Shown in pieces: positions 19,607-30,412 of a stretch of DNA of 64,000 nt. Within the stretch, counting starts at the first letter, position 1, and each line of letters begins with the position of its first letter. The DNA comes from Nitrospirota bacterium (lineage in GTDB: Bacteria; Nitrospirota; UBA9217): the NCBI GenBank assembly GCA_963796285.1, contig CAWCKW010000012.1, forward strand, positions 1,152,001 to 1,216,000. Reading direction: 5' to 3'. The notes beneath the pieces are model-generated. The model saw nothing but the letters and a program-made list of their open reading frames with translations. It made no database searches and was not told the origin of the DNA. The position numbers and the translations under genes are program-made.

Positions 19607-20353
19607 TCACTCGGGGTAGTATACCTCGACCAGGTACAAGCCCTGGGGAGGGGCCGTCCGCCCTGCCATGGTCCGGTCCCGCGACTTGAGCATCCGTTTC
19701 ACGTCAACTGGACCGAACCTGCCGAGGCCTACTTCGACGAGCGTACCCACGATGTTTCTCGCCATATGCTGGAGAAAGGCATCAGCCTCGATCCCCATCT
19801 CAACGAAGTCACCGGTTTTTTTTATGACAACAGCCCTGATCGTTCTCACCGGCGTTTTTGCCGTACAGCCTGATCCGCGAAAGGCGGAAAAGTCGTGTTT
19901 CCCCACGAACAAAGCAGCGGCCAGCCTCATGTTCTTCAGGTGCAAACGCTGGTTCACATGCCAGGAATACTTGCGATACAACGCCGACGGCGCGCGTCTA
20001 TTCAGAATGCGGTATGAATAGAATTTCCCCAGAGCGCTGAAACGGGCGTGAAAATCATCGGGAACCTCTTCCGATGTCAGAATTCTGATATCGTTCGGCA
20101 ACCAATGATTCAACGCCGGAGCCCATGCCTCAGAAGGAATACTGCATTCGGTCTCAAAGTTTGCGACGTGTCCAAGAGCATGCACGCCCGCATCGGTCCT
20201 GCCTGACGAATACGTCTTTATCGTATCATGGGTGAGGGCCATGAGCGCCTGTTCAAGCGTATCCTGGATAGTCGGCATCCCGCTCCCGATCTGCGACTGC
20301 CAGCCATGATAATTGGTGCCGTCGTATTCAAGAATGAGTTTAATGTTCCGCAT
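19607..20353 (-). CDS. truA: tRNA pseudouridine(38-40) synthase
   Basis: YDGTNYHGWQ, SGRTDAGVHA, FHARFSA, GKHDFSAF, TAPPQGLYL. Confidence 0.96.
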   Translation of the reverse strand: MRNIKLILEYDGTNYHGWQSQIGSGMPTIQDTLEQALMALTHDTIKTYSSGRTDAGVHALGHVANFETECSIPSEAWAPALNHWLPNDIRILTSEEVPDDFHARFSALGKFYSYRILNRRAPSALYRKYSWHVNQRLHLKNMRLAAALFVGKHDFSAFRGSGCTAKTPVRTIRAVVIKKTGDFVEMGIEADAFLQHMARNIVGTLVEVGLGRFGPVDVKRMLKSRDRTMAGRTAPPQGLYLVEVYYPE

Positions 20354-20442
20354 ATCAGATGCTAGAATACAGAAGACCGCGGACAAACGCCAGACAAAAA
20401 AACTTATTTTATTATCTGTTTTTCGACCTCCGCCTTCTTTTT

Positions 20443-21144
20443 TTATTCCCCCAGATACGCCTTTTTGATCCCCGGGTCCTTCTCAAGTTCAGAGGCCCGG
20501 CCCTGCATCACGATCCTCCCGGTCTCCAGAACGTATGCCCGGTGCGCTAGACGGAGCGCTGCTTTTGCATTCTGTTCCACAAGGAGGATGGTCGTTCCCT
20601 GCTCGTTGATCTCTTTGATGATCTTGAATATCCTGCTCACGATGATCGGCGCGAGACCAAGCGACGGCTCGTCAAGAAGAAGAAGCTTCGGCCGCGACAT
20701 GAGCGCCCGACCGATGGCGAGCATCTGCTGTTCGCCGCCCGAGAGCGTGCCGCCGAGTTGTTTATTCCTGTCCGCAAGCGCGGGGAACATCTCGAATACC
20801 CGTGCAAGATCTCCTGCAAACTCCCGTTTGTCTTTGATAAAAGCACCCATTTCAAGGTTCTCGCGCACCGTCATCCTCGCGAAGATGCGCCTCCCTTCGG
20901 GGACCTGTGTGATCCCCATCTGGACGATCGCGTGTGCTGGACGTCCGGACAACTCTGCGCCCTCATACAGGATACTGCCCGACCGCAGTACGGCAACCCC
21001 GGAGACCGCCATCAAGGTCGTTGACTTACCGGCGCCGTTCGCCCCGATCAGTGCAACGATCTCCCCTCGCTCCACCTGCAGGCTGATGCCTTTGAGCGCA
21101 TCGATCATCCCGTAGGAAACGGTCACCTCGCGCAGCTCAAGCAT
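20443..21144 (-). CDS. livF: branched-chain amino acid ABC ATPase
   Basis: GANGAGKST, VPEGRRIF, LSGGEQQMLAIGRALM, VEQNA. Confidence 0.93.
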   Translation of the reverse strand: MLELREVTVSYGMIDALKGISLQVERGEIVALIGANGAGKSTTLMAVSGVAVLRSGSILYEGAELSGRPAHAIVQMGITQVPEGRRIFARMTVRENLEMGAFIKDKREFAGDLARVFEMFPALADRNKQLGGTLSGGEQQMLAIGRALMSRPKLLLLDEPSLGLAPIIVSRIFKIIKEINEQGTTILLVEQNAKAALRLAHRAYVLETGRIVMQGRASELEKDPGIKKAYLGE

Positions 21145-21910
21145 GATGCAAACTCTCCTTGCCGAGATACGCTTCGATCACATCGGTGTTCTGCTGGATG
21201 TCTTTCGGCAGGCCCTCGGCGATCTTCACTCCGTGGTCGAGCACGATCACCCGGTCCGAAATGCCCATGACGACCTTCATATCATGTTCGATCAACAGGA
21301 TTGCCACGCCGTTATCGCGGACCTTGCGAATGAGGTTCATGAGGTCCTTCGTTTCATGAGGGTTCATCCCGGCGGCAGGTTCATCAAGGAGCAGAAGGTG
21401 CGGCTCGGTCCCGAGCGCCCGTGCGATCTCCAGCCGCCGCTGGTCGCCATAGGAGAGATTTGCTGCAAGCGAACCATACTTTGCTTCCAGCCCCACGAAT
21501 TTCAATATATCCATAGCGCGATACTCCATGTCCCGCTCTTCTTTTTTTACTCTCCGGGGCCTGAAGACCGCGCCGAACACTCCTGCGCTGGTGCGGCAGT
21601 GCGCCGCCACCATGACGTTCTCCACGACGAGCATGCCGCTGAAGAGGCGGATGTTCTGGAACGTACGCGCGATGCCCAATGAGGTTATATCATGGGGTGA
21701 CATCCCCGTAATATCCCTGTCGTGAAATATGGCCTTCCCCTTCGTGGGCTGGTACATACCGGTAATGCAGTTGAAGAACGTGGTCTTCCCCGCGCCATTC
21801 GGGCCGATGATGCTCACGATCCGCTCACGTTCGACGCGCATGTCGATCCCGTCGAGCGCCTTCAGCCCGCCGAAGTGTTTGGCCAGATTTTTTGTTTCTA
21901 AAAGAAGCAT
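21137..21910 (-). CDS. livG: branched-chain amino acid ABC ATPase
   Basis: GPNGAGKTT, GIARTFQNIRLF, LLDEPAAGMN, IEHDM, VIEAYLG. Confidence 0.93.
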   Translation of the reverse strand: MLLLETKNLAKHFGGLKALDGIDMRVERERIVSIIGPNGAGKTTFFNCITGMYQPTKGKAIFHDRDITGMSPHDITSLGIARTFQNIRLFSGMLVVENVMVAAHCRTSAGVFGAVFRPRRVKKEERDMEYRAMDILKFVGLEAKYGSLAANLSYGDQRRLEIARALGTEPHLLLLDEPAAGMNPHETKDLMNLIRKVRDNGVAILLIEHDMKVVMGISDRVIVLDHGVKIAEGLPKDIQQNTDVIEAYLGKESLHHA

Positions 21911-21946
21911 GTCGTATCATTCCCTTGGTGAAAACAAACCCGATCT

Positions 21947-22087
21947 ACCGCGGAGACGTAACCTGCTCTTGCCTGTGGCCGCGATATGGCAACAGCAGGC
22001 TACGAAGGCGCGGCCATAAACAGAGACGCGGAGAAATGCGTGATAAATAAATTAAGGATGTTCTCTGCGCCTCGGCGTCTCAGCGGT
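21947..22087. repeat. CGCAGAG-type imperfect palindrome
   Basis: ACCGCGGAGACG...CAGAGACGCGGAG...CTCTGCGCCTCGGCGTCTCAGCGGT. Confidence 0.65.
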
Positions 22088-22139
22088 AACATTCGACTTA
22101 TTGCGTGTCCATTTTTTTCAACACTGCAAGATAAGTGTT

Positions 22140-23294
22140 TCAATTGGTATTTTTTGCTGTACCCAAAAGCCCCTGCGGTCTGAATACCATCATCAGGACA
22201 AGGGCGACGCCGAACGCCAGCATCCGGTAATCCTGAAAATCCCTGAAGATCTCGGGAAGCGTGATCAGGAGAAGCGCGCCGAGGATGATCCCCGGGATGC
22301 TCCCCATGCCTCCGAGGACCACCATGCAGAGGATCAGGACCGACTCAAAGAACGTGAAGCTCTCGGGCGAGACAAAGGCCATCTTGGACGAGAAGAAAAC
22401 GCCGGCGATCCCGGCCCATGCCGACGCCAGAACAAAGGCCAGCAATTTCATGCGATAGGTATTGACCCCCATGGCCTCGGCCGCGACCTCGTCTTCTCTG
22501 ATCGCGATCCACGCGCGGCCGATGCGCGACGCGATAAGCCGGTGCATGGCGAATATCGTCAGGATCACGAGCACGAGAATGAGATAATAGAAATCAAGGG
22601 TGGTGTGAAGCTCGTAGCCTGCTATCACGGGCCTTCCGATCTTCGAGATGCCGTTCGGCCCGCCGGTCATGCTGTCCCAGTTGTTCAGGACAATGCGGGT
22701 GATCTCACCGAGCCCCAGGGTGACGATCGCAAAATAATCGCCGCGCAAACGCAGGGTCGGCATGCCGAGCAATACCGCGAAAACCGCTGCCATGGATCCA
22801 CCGGCGATGAGTCCGGGCCAGAACGAAAGCCCGAAGGTTGTCGAGAGGATCGCATAGGTGTACGCGCCGATCGCGTAGAACGCCACGTATCCCAGATTCA
22901 GGAGCCCCGCCTGCCCCACCACGATGTTCAAACCGAGGGCAAGAACAACGTACATACCCGTCAGCGTCATGATGTCTTGATAATATTCGTTCAGAAAAAG
23001 AGGAAGGACGATCAAAAGGACCGCGATGAGTGCGTAGGTCAGCGGAGATGAAACAGAACGGGTGATACGGGCAAAGGCTGCAATTGCTTTTGAGATATTT
23101 TCTGCGACCGAGATACGGACATCCGAGACAACATCAGTCCTGAGCATTCTCCAGAGAAGCATGGCAAGTACTGCCGATACCGTCACGCGGATTGCGCTGC
23201 CTATGCCCGTAAAAGGCAGCGCAAGCAGACCCACCCAGAGGGGGAGCACGAAGAGATCGAGGAATTTATGTCCAGTGGTGCGAAAAGTAGCCAT
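22140..23294 (-). CDS. livM: branched-chain amino acid ABC permease
   Basis: GLNIVVGQAGLLNLGYVAFYAIGAY, LRLRGDYFAIVTLG, MVVLGGMG, FRPQGL. Confidence 0.92.
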   Translation of the reverse strand: MATFRTTGHKFLDLFVLPLWVGLLALPFTGIGSAIRVTVSAVLAMLLWRMLRTDVVSDVRISVAENISKAIAAFARITRSVSSPLTYALIAVLLIVLPLFLNEYYQDIMTLTGMYVVLALGLNIVVGQAGLLNLGYVAFYAIGAYTYAILSTTFGLSFWPGLIAGGSMAAVFAVLLGMPTLRLRGDYFAIVTLGLGEITRIVLNNWDSMTGGPNGISKIGRPVIAGYELHTTLDFYYLILVLVILTIFAMHRLIASRIGRAWIAIREDEVAAEAMGVNTYRMKLLAFVLASAWAGIAGVFFSSKMAFVSPESFTFFESVLILCMVVLGGMGSIPGIILGALLLITLPEIFRDFQDYRMLAFGVALVLMMVFRPQGLLGTAKNTN

Positions 23295-23496
23295 TACGAG
23301 TTGCGATTATCTCACAAAAATTGCGTGATTTCAAGGCATTGTTATTCGCTGTACAGAATTTCCTCAGGCGCAACTATTTCATTCAATGGACCGGTTCTCC
23401 AATCTGAACGACAGTATGCGCTTTGTCTTTGATTGTTCATTTTCTCTGTGGTATAATCGGCTCGATTTTAGACCAGCAATGAAACCGGAGACGCGC

Positions 23497-24619
23497 ATGC
23501 TATTAGAAGATCTGAAACTGGAACTCAACGCAGTCAAGAACAGGATAGAGACCCTGCGGAGGCATCTTTGACACCCCTGCCAAGGAAGCACAGCTGACCG
23601 AGCTCACCCACCTGATGGAAGCCTCTGGTTTCTGGGACAATAAGGACAAAGCGAACGCGCTCATGAAGGAAAAAGCCGCGCTTGAGCGTTCTCTCAAGGA
23701 CTGGAACTCGCTCTCGACGCGTTTTCATGACCTTGAGGCCATGGCGGAGCTTGCTGCAGAAGAAGGCGGTGAGGCCATGCGTGCTGAGATGGAGAGCGAG
23801 ATCGCAACCATCCAGAAGGACATCTCGGCAGCAGAGATCGCGGCGCTCCTCTCGGGAGAACAGGACATCACCAATGCCATCGTCTCGATCCACCCCGGCG
23901 CGGGCGGAACCGAGGCCCAGGATTGGGCCGAGATGCTGATGCGAATGTATCTGCGATGGGCAGAGGCGAATGGCTACAAGACCGAGATCCTCGACTATCA
24001 GAACGGTGAAGAAGCAGGCGTCAAGTCAGTGACCTTCACGGTCTCGGGCGACTACGCCTACGGCAAGCTGAAGGCCGAGGCAGGCGTGCACCGCCTGGTG
24101 CGCATCTCGCCCTTTGACGCGAACAAGCGCAGGCATACGTCTTTTGCCTCGGTCTACGTGTATCCTGAAGTTGAAGAAAATATCGACCTTGCGATCGATG
24201 AAAAGGACCTGCGCATCGACACCTATCGCGCATCAAGCGCCGGCGGCCAGCATGTGAACAAGACCGACTCGGCCGTGCGCATCACGCACCTGCCGACGAA
24301 CATCGTTGTACAATGTCAGAACGAGCGATCGCAGCTCAAGAACAAGAACGCGGCCATGAAGGTGCTGCGTTCGCGGCTGTATGAGGTCAGGAAGAAGGAA
24401 CATGACGAGAAGCTCGGCAAGCTGGTAAGCGAGAAGAAGGACATCGCCTGGGGAAGCCAGATCCGGTCCTATGTGTTCCAACCCTACCAGTTGGTGAAGG
24501 ACCACCGGACCGGCGTGGAATCAGGCAACGTGAACGCTGTGATGAATGGAGACCTCAACCAGTTCATTGACGCCTATCTGGTGGCGGGTAGCGGGCCAGC
24601 GATAACGGATAAATCGTAA
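23497..24619 (+). CDS. prfB: peptide chain release factor 2 (programmed +1 frameshift)
   Basis: 24-codon first ORF ends GGAGG-CAT-CTT-TGA-C (23558-23572). The +1 frame contains the SPF and GGQ motifs. Confidence 0.97.
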
Positions 24620-24713
24620 TCAGTAATCGGTCCTAATAATGGGTGATTGGTAATAAGACCTCCTCACATCCGACTTCCCGCGTCCTGCCCCCTGTTCCTA
24701 ACGCATCATGGTC

Positions 24714-26534
24714 TCAAATCCCCATCATCTGCGGTGACCGGGCTTCAACATACTTTTTCACACCTTGATACAATGCTTCAGCAATGCTCTGCCGATACGC
24801 GTCCGTACGCAGCAATTTTTCTTCATCCGGGTTGCTGATGAACCCGACCTCCGCAAGGATGCTCGGCATTTCTGTATTGATCAGTACATAAAAAAACGCG
24901 CGCTTAACGCCGAGATTACGATATTCCCCTTTATCGGGTTCGTGGTGTCCACAAGCGATCCCTGCACCGCATGCGCCAGTTGAAGAGATTCCTCGAGCTT
25001 ATCATCCTTTGCCAAGTCAGCGAAGATCCTGTCCAACTCCGATTTCAGCTCGCTCAAACGCTTGGTTGACATGGAGTTTTCACGCGCGGCGGTCGCCATG
25101 GCATCACGGTCCGAGGCCCTCAGGCTCTGAATGTATGTCTCAATCCCCCGTGCCTTGCGCTTCCGGTTTGCATTCACGTGTATGGAAACGAAGAGGTCCG
25201 CGCCTTTGGATTTTGCGATGAATGGCCGCTGTTCGAGCGGAATGAACACATCTTTGTCCCGGGTCATCACGACCGTGCACCCGAGACGCTCCTTGACCAG
25301 GACTGCCAGTCTCTTTGCGATATCAAGCGTTATGGTTTTTTCCTTCAAACCGCTTTTGCCGATGGCTCCCGGGTCATGACCTCCATGGCCCGCATCGATG
25401 GCAATGGTTTTAATTTTGAGCCCGAGCTGCCGCGAAAGGGAAAGCGTTGCGCCATCAGTATTGTTCACTTCAGGCGTCTTTGAGGGGAGCGTGAATGGGG
25501 TCTGCGGCTCTGCTTTTGCCTGAGCGACCGTTGTCCGATGCAGGTTCTTTTCCGCTGCATGACCGTTCCCGAGCTGGCGACGGACGAGTCGCGGCTGCCT
25601 TCCTCCCTCGCCGGTCACATCGATCACGAGGCGCTCGGGATCACGGAGGGGGAACGCCGCATAGCTCTTGATGCTCGCAAGATCAAGCACTACCCGAACG
25701 ATGTCCGGCGCGTACTGGCTGGCACGCACTTGCTTCAGGATCCCGTCATTGATCGGCAGCGGTTCTTTATGCAGGGACCTGTCGACACGGGCATCGCAAC
25801 AGATCAAAGACCAGGCGGTCAGGGTTTTTGAGCTCCCTGGCGTGAAATGTGACCGGATTGCTCTGGTCGATCACGATGCGGGTATATGCCCCTTCCGACC
25901 AGTAACGGATGCTCGTGACGACGCCCGCCGGCTTCGACCTCTCCGGGGCCGCGATCACCGTCTCGGGCATCTTTCGCAGCACCGTCTCCTGTTTCCGTTT
26001 TCTTTTAACCGTATGCACTGGAGTGCCGAACGCCGTCTTTGCTTTCCCGGTCCAGGTGCTGTCGGGATATAACTTTGACAGTTTGTCGAACGTCTCCGCA
26101 GCAAGCGCATTGTCTTTTTTGTACTCAAGAGAGAGTTCAATGATATGGTACAGCGCTTCAGGCGCCCTGCCATGCCCGGGATAGGTAGTCTGGCAAGATC
26201 GATTGCTCTGGAGAGCCTGGTCTAAATCCTTTGAATATCGATTAAACTTATAGAGGTCCTGATAGACCCCCGCCCGGTCGAAACAGGCGTCTCCCGCGCT
26301 CGGGCTTTGGGGGTATTTTTTTTCCACCAGCTCGAACGACCTTATACAATCCAGCCAGTAGGAGTGATACCTTTTTTTCTTTGGAGATTTTCTGAGGTCA
26401 GACAGGCGCTGGCAGGCGATAGAATACTTACGCCCGGCCTCGGTATTGTAGGACGGGTACACAGGTGCAGCAAAAAGAAGCGGGATGGCGCAAGCCATGA
26501 AGGCCGCGATACAGGAACGGCCGCGTTTCATCAT
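24714..26534 (-). CDS. N-acetylmuramoyl-L-alanine amidase (TPR-AMIN-AMIN-Amidase_3; frameshifts near 25800, 25590, 24920)
   Basis: YTRIVID/PDRLVFD AMIN, IDAGHGGHDPGA, FVSIHVNA, FYVLINTEMPSILAEVGFISN. Confidence 0.9.
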
Positions 26535-26577
26535 AGTTTTCCTGATGTTATTTAACCGAATTGCGGGGAGATGTCAA

Positions 26578-26606
26578 CAAAAAAAGGCCCCGGTGTCCGG
26601 GGCCTG
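26578..26606 (-). terminator. intrinsic terminator after rplT
   Basis: Minus strand AGGCCCCGG-ACA-CCGGGGCCT followed by a T run. Confidence 0.85.
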
Positions 26607-26628
26607 TAACGTCTCGAAGCGGACTTCC

Positions 26629-26982
26629 TTATGATGCGGCCTTGGCCATTTCGACAAGCTTCGTGAAGCCTGCGGGATCGGTTATCGCCAGATCCGAAAG
26701 GATCTTGCGGTCGAGCGCTATGCCGGACTTCGTGAGACCGGCGATGAACCTGCTGTACGTCACTCCGTTCAGCCGGGCTGCGGCGTTGATGCGCGCGATC
26801 CAGAGTCTGCGGAAATCCCTCTTCCGGGCCTTCCGGTCACGGTAGGCATACTTGAGAGCACGGTCCACAGCTTCGGTTGCACTACGATACAGTTTTGATT
26901 TTGCCCCCCAGTACCCTTCCGCCAGGTCAAGTACTCTTTTTCTTCTGGCCCTCGTCTTGGGGCCGCCTCTAGCTCTTGGCAT
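26629..26982 (-). CDS. rplT: 50S ribosomal protein L20
   Basis: [33 protein letters not shown]. Confidence 0.98.
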   Translation of the reverse strand: MPRARGGPKTRARRKRVLDLAEGYWGAKSKLYRSATEAVDRALKYAYRDRKARKRDFRRLWIARINAAARLNGVTYSRFIAGLTKSGIALDRKILSDLAITDPAGFTKLVEMAKAAS

Positions 26983-27095
26983 GTTCTCTTCCTCCTCGAA
27001 TCACGATGCACGATGCAGAAACCGCGATTCTTCAACCTCGCTAGCCTGCATCTTGGATCTTGAATTATTAACTATTGAAAAATGAACCTTGAATA

Positions 27096-27329
27096 CTATT
27101 TAAGGCCGTACGGAAGCATCTGCTTGGCATTTTCCAGATTGTCCTTGGTGAGCTCCACAGCGCCGGAGAGCCGCCTCCTGCGCGTGGCGTTCTTGCCGGA
27201 CAGCAGATGGCCCTTCCATCCCTTGCGCCTCATGACCTTGCCCGTGCCGGTGATCTTCAATCTCTTGGCCGCGCTCTTTCTGGTCTTTAGTTTGATCTTT
27301 ACTTTTATCTTTGACTTTGCTGTTGCCAT
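27096..27329 (-). CDS. rpmI: 50S ribosomal protein L35 with N-terminal Lys-rich extension
   Basis: KLKTRKSAAKRLKITGTGK...HLL...MLPY, located between infC and rplT. Confidence 0.95.
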   Translation of the reverse strand: MATAKSKIKVKIKLKTRKSAAKRLKITGTGKVMRRKGWKGHLLSGKNATRRRRLSGAVELTKDNLENAKQMLPYGLK

Positions 27330-27478
27330 TTTTCTTTCTCCTTTCCAACTTTCTGCAGTACGCTGCTACGCTCTCCATCCCCGGTATATCAACTGCGGCA
27401 ATGCTCATTCCGCAGGATCAACGATCATATTTTATTCAATGCGCTGTCTCCTGTCCACGGTTCACTGCTCCGGCATCA

Positions 27479-27997
27479 TTAGACCTTTGCCTTTGCCCCG
27501 AGCATCATCGTCATGTTTCTGCCTTCCATGCGGGGAGACTGCTCCACAGCGGCGTCGTTCTGCAAATCAGCCAGAATGCGTTCCAGCAATGCCCTTCCGT
27601 GAATCGTATGGGCCATCTCCCTGCCGCGGAACATGACGGTCACTTTGACTTTGTTGCCTTCCTCGAGAAAGCGCTTGATGTTGTTTGTCTTAAACTGCAC
27701 ATCATGGTCGTCCGTACGAGGCCTCATCTTGATCTCTTTAACGACAATAACGCTCTGATGCTTCTTGGATTCGTGAGCCTTTTTGGCAAGCTCATACTTG
27801 TACTTTCCGAAGTCCATGATGCGGCACACCGGCGGCTTCGCCGTGGGCGCCACTTCCACCAGATCGAGCCCGGCTTCTTCCGCCCTTCTGATGGCCTCCC
27901 GGGTATCAAGGATCCCGAGCTGTTCTCCGTCCGCGGCAATAACGCGGACATCTTTCACCTTGATCATAAAATTGATTCTCGTTGTAATCTTACTGAT
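27479..27997 (-). CDS. infC: translation initiation factor IF-3 (probable ATC start)
   Basis: GLDLVEVAP, PPVCRIMDFGKYKY, KVTVMFRGRE. SD GGGGGTGA then TTGTTT ATC AGT AAG. Confidence 0.96.
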   Translation of the reverse strand: MSKITTRINFMIKVKDVRVIAADGEQLGILDTREAIRRAEEAGLDLVEVAPTAKPPVCRIMDFGKYKYELAKKAHESKKHQSVIVVKEIKMRPRTDDHDVQFKTNNIKRFLEEGNKVKVTVMFRGREMAHTIHGRALLERILADLQNDAAVEQSPRMEGRNMTMMLGAKAKV

Positions 27998-28003
27998 AAA
28001 CAA

Positions 28004-29947
28004 TCACCCCCTTGTCAGTTCGGTAGAAATATTTTTTCCCTGAATAAGCTTCTGCACATTGTTCATAAATTCGTCAAGCGACATCACGCCGAGGTCTTTC
28101 CCCCCCCGCTCGCGCACCGCGATCATATTCTGCTGTACTTCCTTGTCCCCTACGACAAGGATGTAGGGAACTTTCTCCATCGCGGCCTCACGGATCTTGA
28201 AACCGATCTTCTCCGACCGGCTATCGAGCTCGGCTCTGATCCCGGCAGCAAGGAGCTGGTCACGCACGGTCTTGGCATAATCGATCTGGCTATCGGTGAT
28301 GGTCACCACCTTGGCCTGCACAGGTGCGAGCCAGACCGGGAACGCGCCTGCGTAGTGTTCGATCAGCATGCCGAAGAACCGTTCGATCGAGCCCAGGAGC
28401 GCCCGGTGGATCATGTACGGCCGGTGCGCCTGGTTGTCCACGCCGATAAAGGTCATGTCGAAGCGTTCCGACATGTTGAAATCGAACTGCACTGTCGAAC
28501 ACTGCCAGAGGCGGCCCAGGGCGTCCTTGATCTTGATATCGATCTTGGGACCGTAGAAGGCGCCGCCGCCTTCATCTATTTCGTAACCCAGACCGACCTT
28601 TTCAGCGGCAACCTTGAGGGCTTGCGTAGCCTGCTCCCAGCGGGAATTTTCTCCCACTGACTTTTCCGGCCGCGTAGCAACATAAGCCTTAAAGTCATCA
28701 AACCCGAATGTCCGAAGCATCTTGACCACGAACGCGAGGACCTTGATGACCTCTGCTTCCATATCTTCGGGCGCCACAAAAATATGCGCATCGTCCTGTG
28801 TGAAGCCGCGCACCCGAAGCAAACCGTGCAGCACGCCGGAGCGCTCGAACCGGTATACCGTACCAAGTTCCGCGTACCGCAGCGGCAGCTCGCGATACGA
28901 GCGCAGCTTGTTTTTGTAGATCATGATATGGAAAGGGCAGTTCATCGGTTTTACATAATATTCCTGCCCTTCAATATCCATGGAAGAATACATGTTCTCC
29001 CGGTAAAAACCGAGGTGACCCGACGTTTCCCACAACGTACCGCGCCCGACGTGAGGAGAATACACAAAATCGTATCCGTTCTTCATATGCTCGTCGCGCC
29101 AGAAGTCCTCGATGGTTTTTCTGATGAGCGCGCCCCGCGGGTGCCACAGGACCAGTCCACCGCCGGATTCTTCCGAGATCGAGAAGAGGTCCAGATCCTT
29201 GCCGAGCTTCCGGTGGTCCCTGCGCTTGATCTCTTCGAGCCGGGCGATGTGTTCATCCAGCGCGCCTTTGTCCGGGAACGAGATGCCGTAGATCCGCTGA
29301 AGCATCTTGTTCTTCTCACTGCCGCGCCAGTAGGCGCCTGCGATAGAGAGGAGCTTGAACGCCTTGATCTTCGACGTGGACGGCACGTGCGGCCCGCGGC
29401 AGAGGTCGGCGAAATCGCCCTGTTCGTAGATCGAGATCGGTTCGCCCTCCGGCAGCTCGCTGATGAGCTCTGCTTTGTACGACTCACCCTTATTGTTAAA
29501 GAACGACAAGGCATCGGCCTTGGAAATATTTTTTCGTTTGATCGGCGTTCCCGCCTTGGCCAGTTCCGCCATCTTCTTTTCGATCTTGACGAGGTCTTCC
29601 GGGGTCAGCGGCCGCTCGAGATCGAAGTCATAGTAAAATCCCTCCTCGATCGCCGGACCGATGGCGAGCTTTGCCTGCGGAAAGAGCTGCTTCACCGCGT
29701 GCGCCATTAGGTGCGAGGTGCTGTGCCAGTACGTTTCGCGGCCTTCCGGCGCGCTGAAGGTGATGATTTCGACCGCAGCACTGCGTTCAACAGGAACATT
29801 GAGATCCTGAAGTTGACCGTCTACTTTTATGGCAAGCGCGTCTTTAGCGAGGCGAGAGCCGATTTTCTCGGCAACTTCCTGACCGGTGATGCCAGAGGCA
29901 TACTTTCTGTCCTGACCGTCAGGCAGCCTGAGCTGTATTTCACTCAT
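28004..29947 (-). CDS. thrS: threonine--tRNA ligase
   Basis: TGS domain, DLCRGPH, RDHRKLG, KPMNCPFH, GLLRVRGFTQDDAH, HRALLGSIERF. Confidence 0.99.
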   Translation of the reverse strand: MSEIQLRLPDGQDRKYASGITGQEVAEKIGSRLAKDALAIKVDGQLQDLNVPVERSAAVEIITFSAPEGRETYWHSTSHLMAHAVKQLFPQAKLAIGPAIEEGFYYDFDLERPLTPEDLVKIEKKMAELAKAGTPIKRKNISKADALSFFNNKGESYKAELISELPEGEPISIYEQGDFADLCRGPHVPSTSKIKAFKLLSIAGAYWRGSEKNKMLQRIYGISFPDKGALDEHIARLEEIKRRDHRKLGKDLDLFSISEESGGGLVLWHPRGALIRKTIEDFWRDEHMKNGYDFVYSPHVGRGTLWETSGHLGFYRENMYSSMDIEGQEYYVKPMNCPFHIMIYKNKLRSYRELPLRYAELGTVYRFERSGVLHGLLRVRGFTQDDAHIFVAPEDMEAEVIKVLAFVVKMLRTFGFDDFKAYVATRPEKSVGENSRWEQATQALKVAAEKVGLGYEIDEGGGAFYGPKIDIKIKDALGRLWQCSTVQFDFNMSERFDMTFIGVDNQAHRPYMIHRALLGSIERFFGMLIEHYAGAFPVWLAPVQAKVVTITDSQIDYAKTVRDQLLAAGIRAELDSRSEKIGFKIREAAMEKVPYILVVGDKEVQQNMIAVRERGGKDLGVMSLDEFMNNVQKLIQGKNISTELTRG

Positions 29948-30066
29948 AAGATTGATAACATGGACGATGGTACGGTACTAGGTCAAGGTGTTTATGAAGG
30001 CGTTTTCTGCGTATTGCCCTCTTTTCCCGACCTTTCCTGATACACGTACTGCACATGCAAGTCGGT

Positions 30067-30095
30067 AATTTAAAGGAAAAGACACCCATTGTCAA
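30067..30095 (-). promoter_or_regulatory. sigma70 promoter of the thrS operon
   Basis: Minus strand TTGACA-17-TAAATT. Confidence 0.7.
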
Positions 30096-30163
30096 GCAAA
30101 ATAACGAAAAATTCATCCGGGAAACACGGGGGGACTTCCTTTTCAAAAGGGCTTTTTATGCCA

Positions 30164-30391
30164 TCAGCTTTTCTTGACATCGACCGCTTCAAGGGCCCGG
30201 AGAATCTTCTCGATCCTTTCCCTGAGGTGCAACTGTTTATCATTGAACTGCGCCGATTTCTGCGCATCACGACGTGCCTGGTCGAGCTCTTTTTCAAGCT
30301 CTCTGATGCGCTTCTTGTGGGAATGGTTTTCAGCCACCAGCGGTCTCACCCTTCTCTCAATCTCAGCAAATCGTTCCTCAAGGTTGTTCAT
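30164..30391 (-). CDS. small coiled-coil protein, ZapB-like
   Basis: 75 aa heptad-rich, ending LRERIEKILRALE. Confidence 0.6.
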   Translation of the reverse strand: MNNLEERFAEIERRVRPLVAENHSHKKRIRELEKELDQARRDAQKSAQFNDKQLHLRERIEKILRALEAVDVKKS

Positions 30392-30412
30392 GTCGTCGTT
30401 CTCTCGATCTTA

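Noticed and set aside
20443-23294. liv operon lacking livH/livK, and pmbA lacking tldD
   Set aside because: Partners are commonly encoded elsewhere, so this cannot be judged from one window.
23558-23572. In-frame TGA in prfB as a novelty or an error
   Set aside because: It is the well-known programmed +1 frameshift (SD-like GGAGG, then CTT TGA C).
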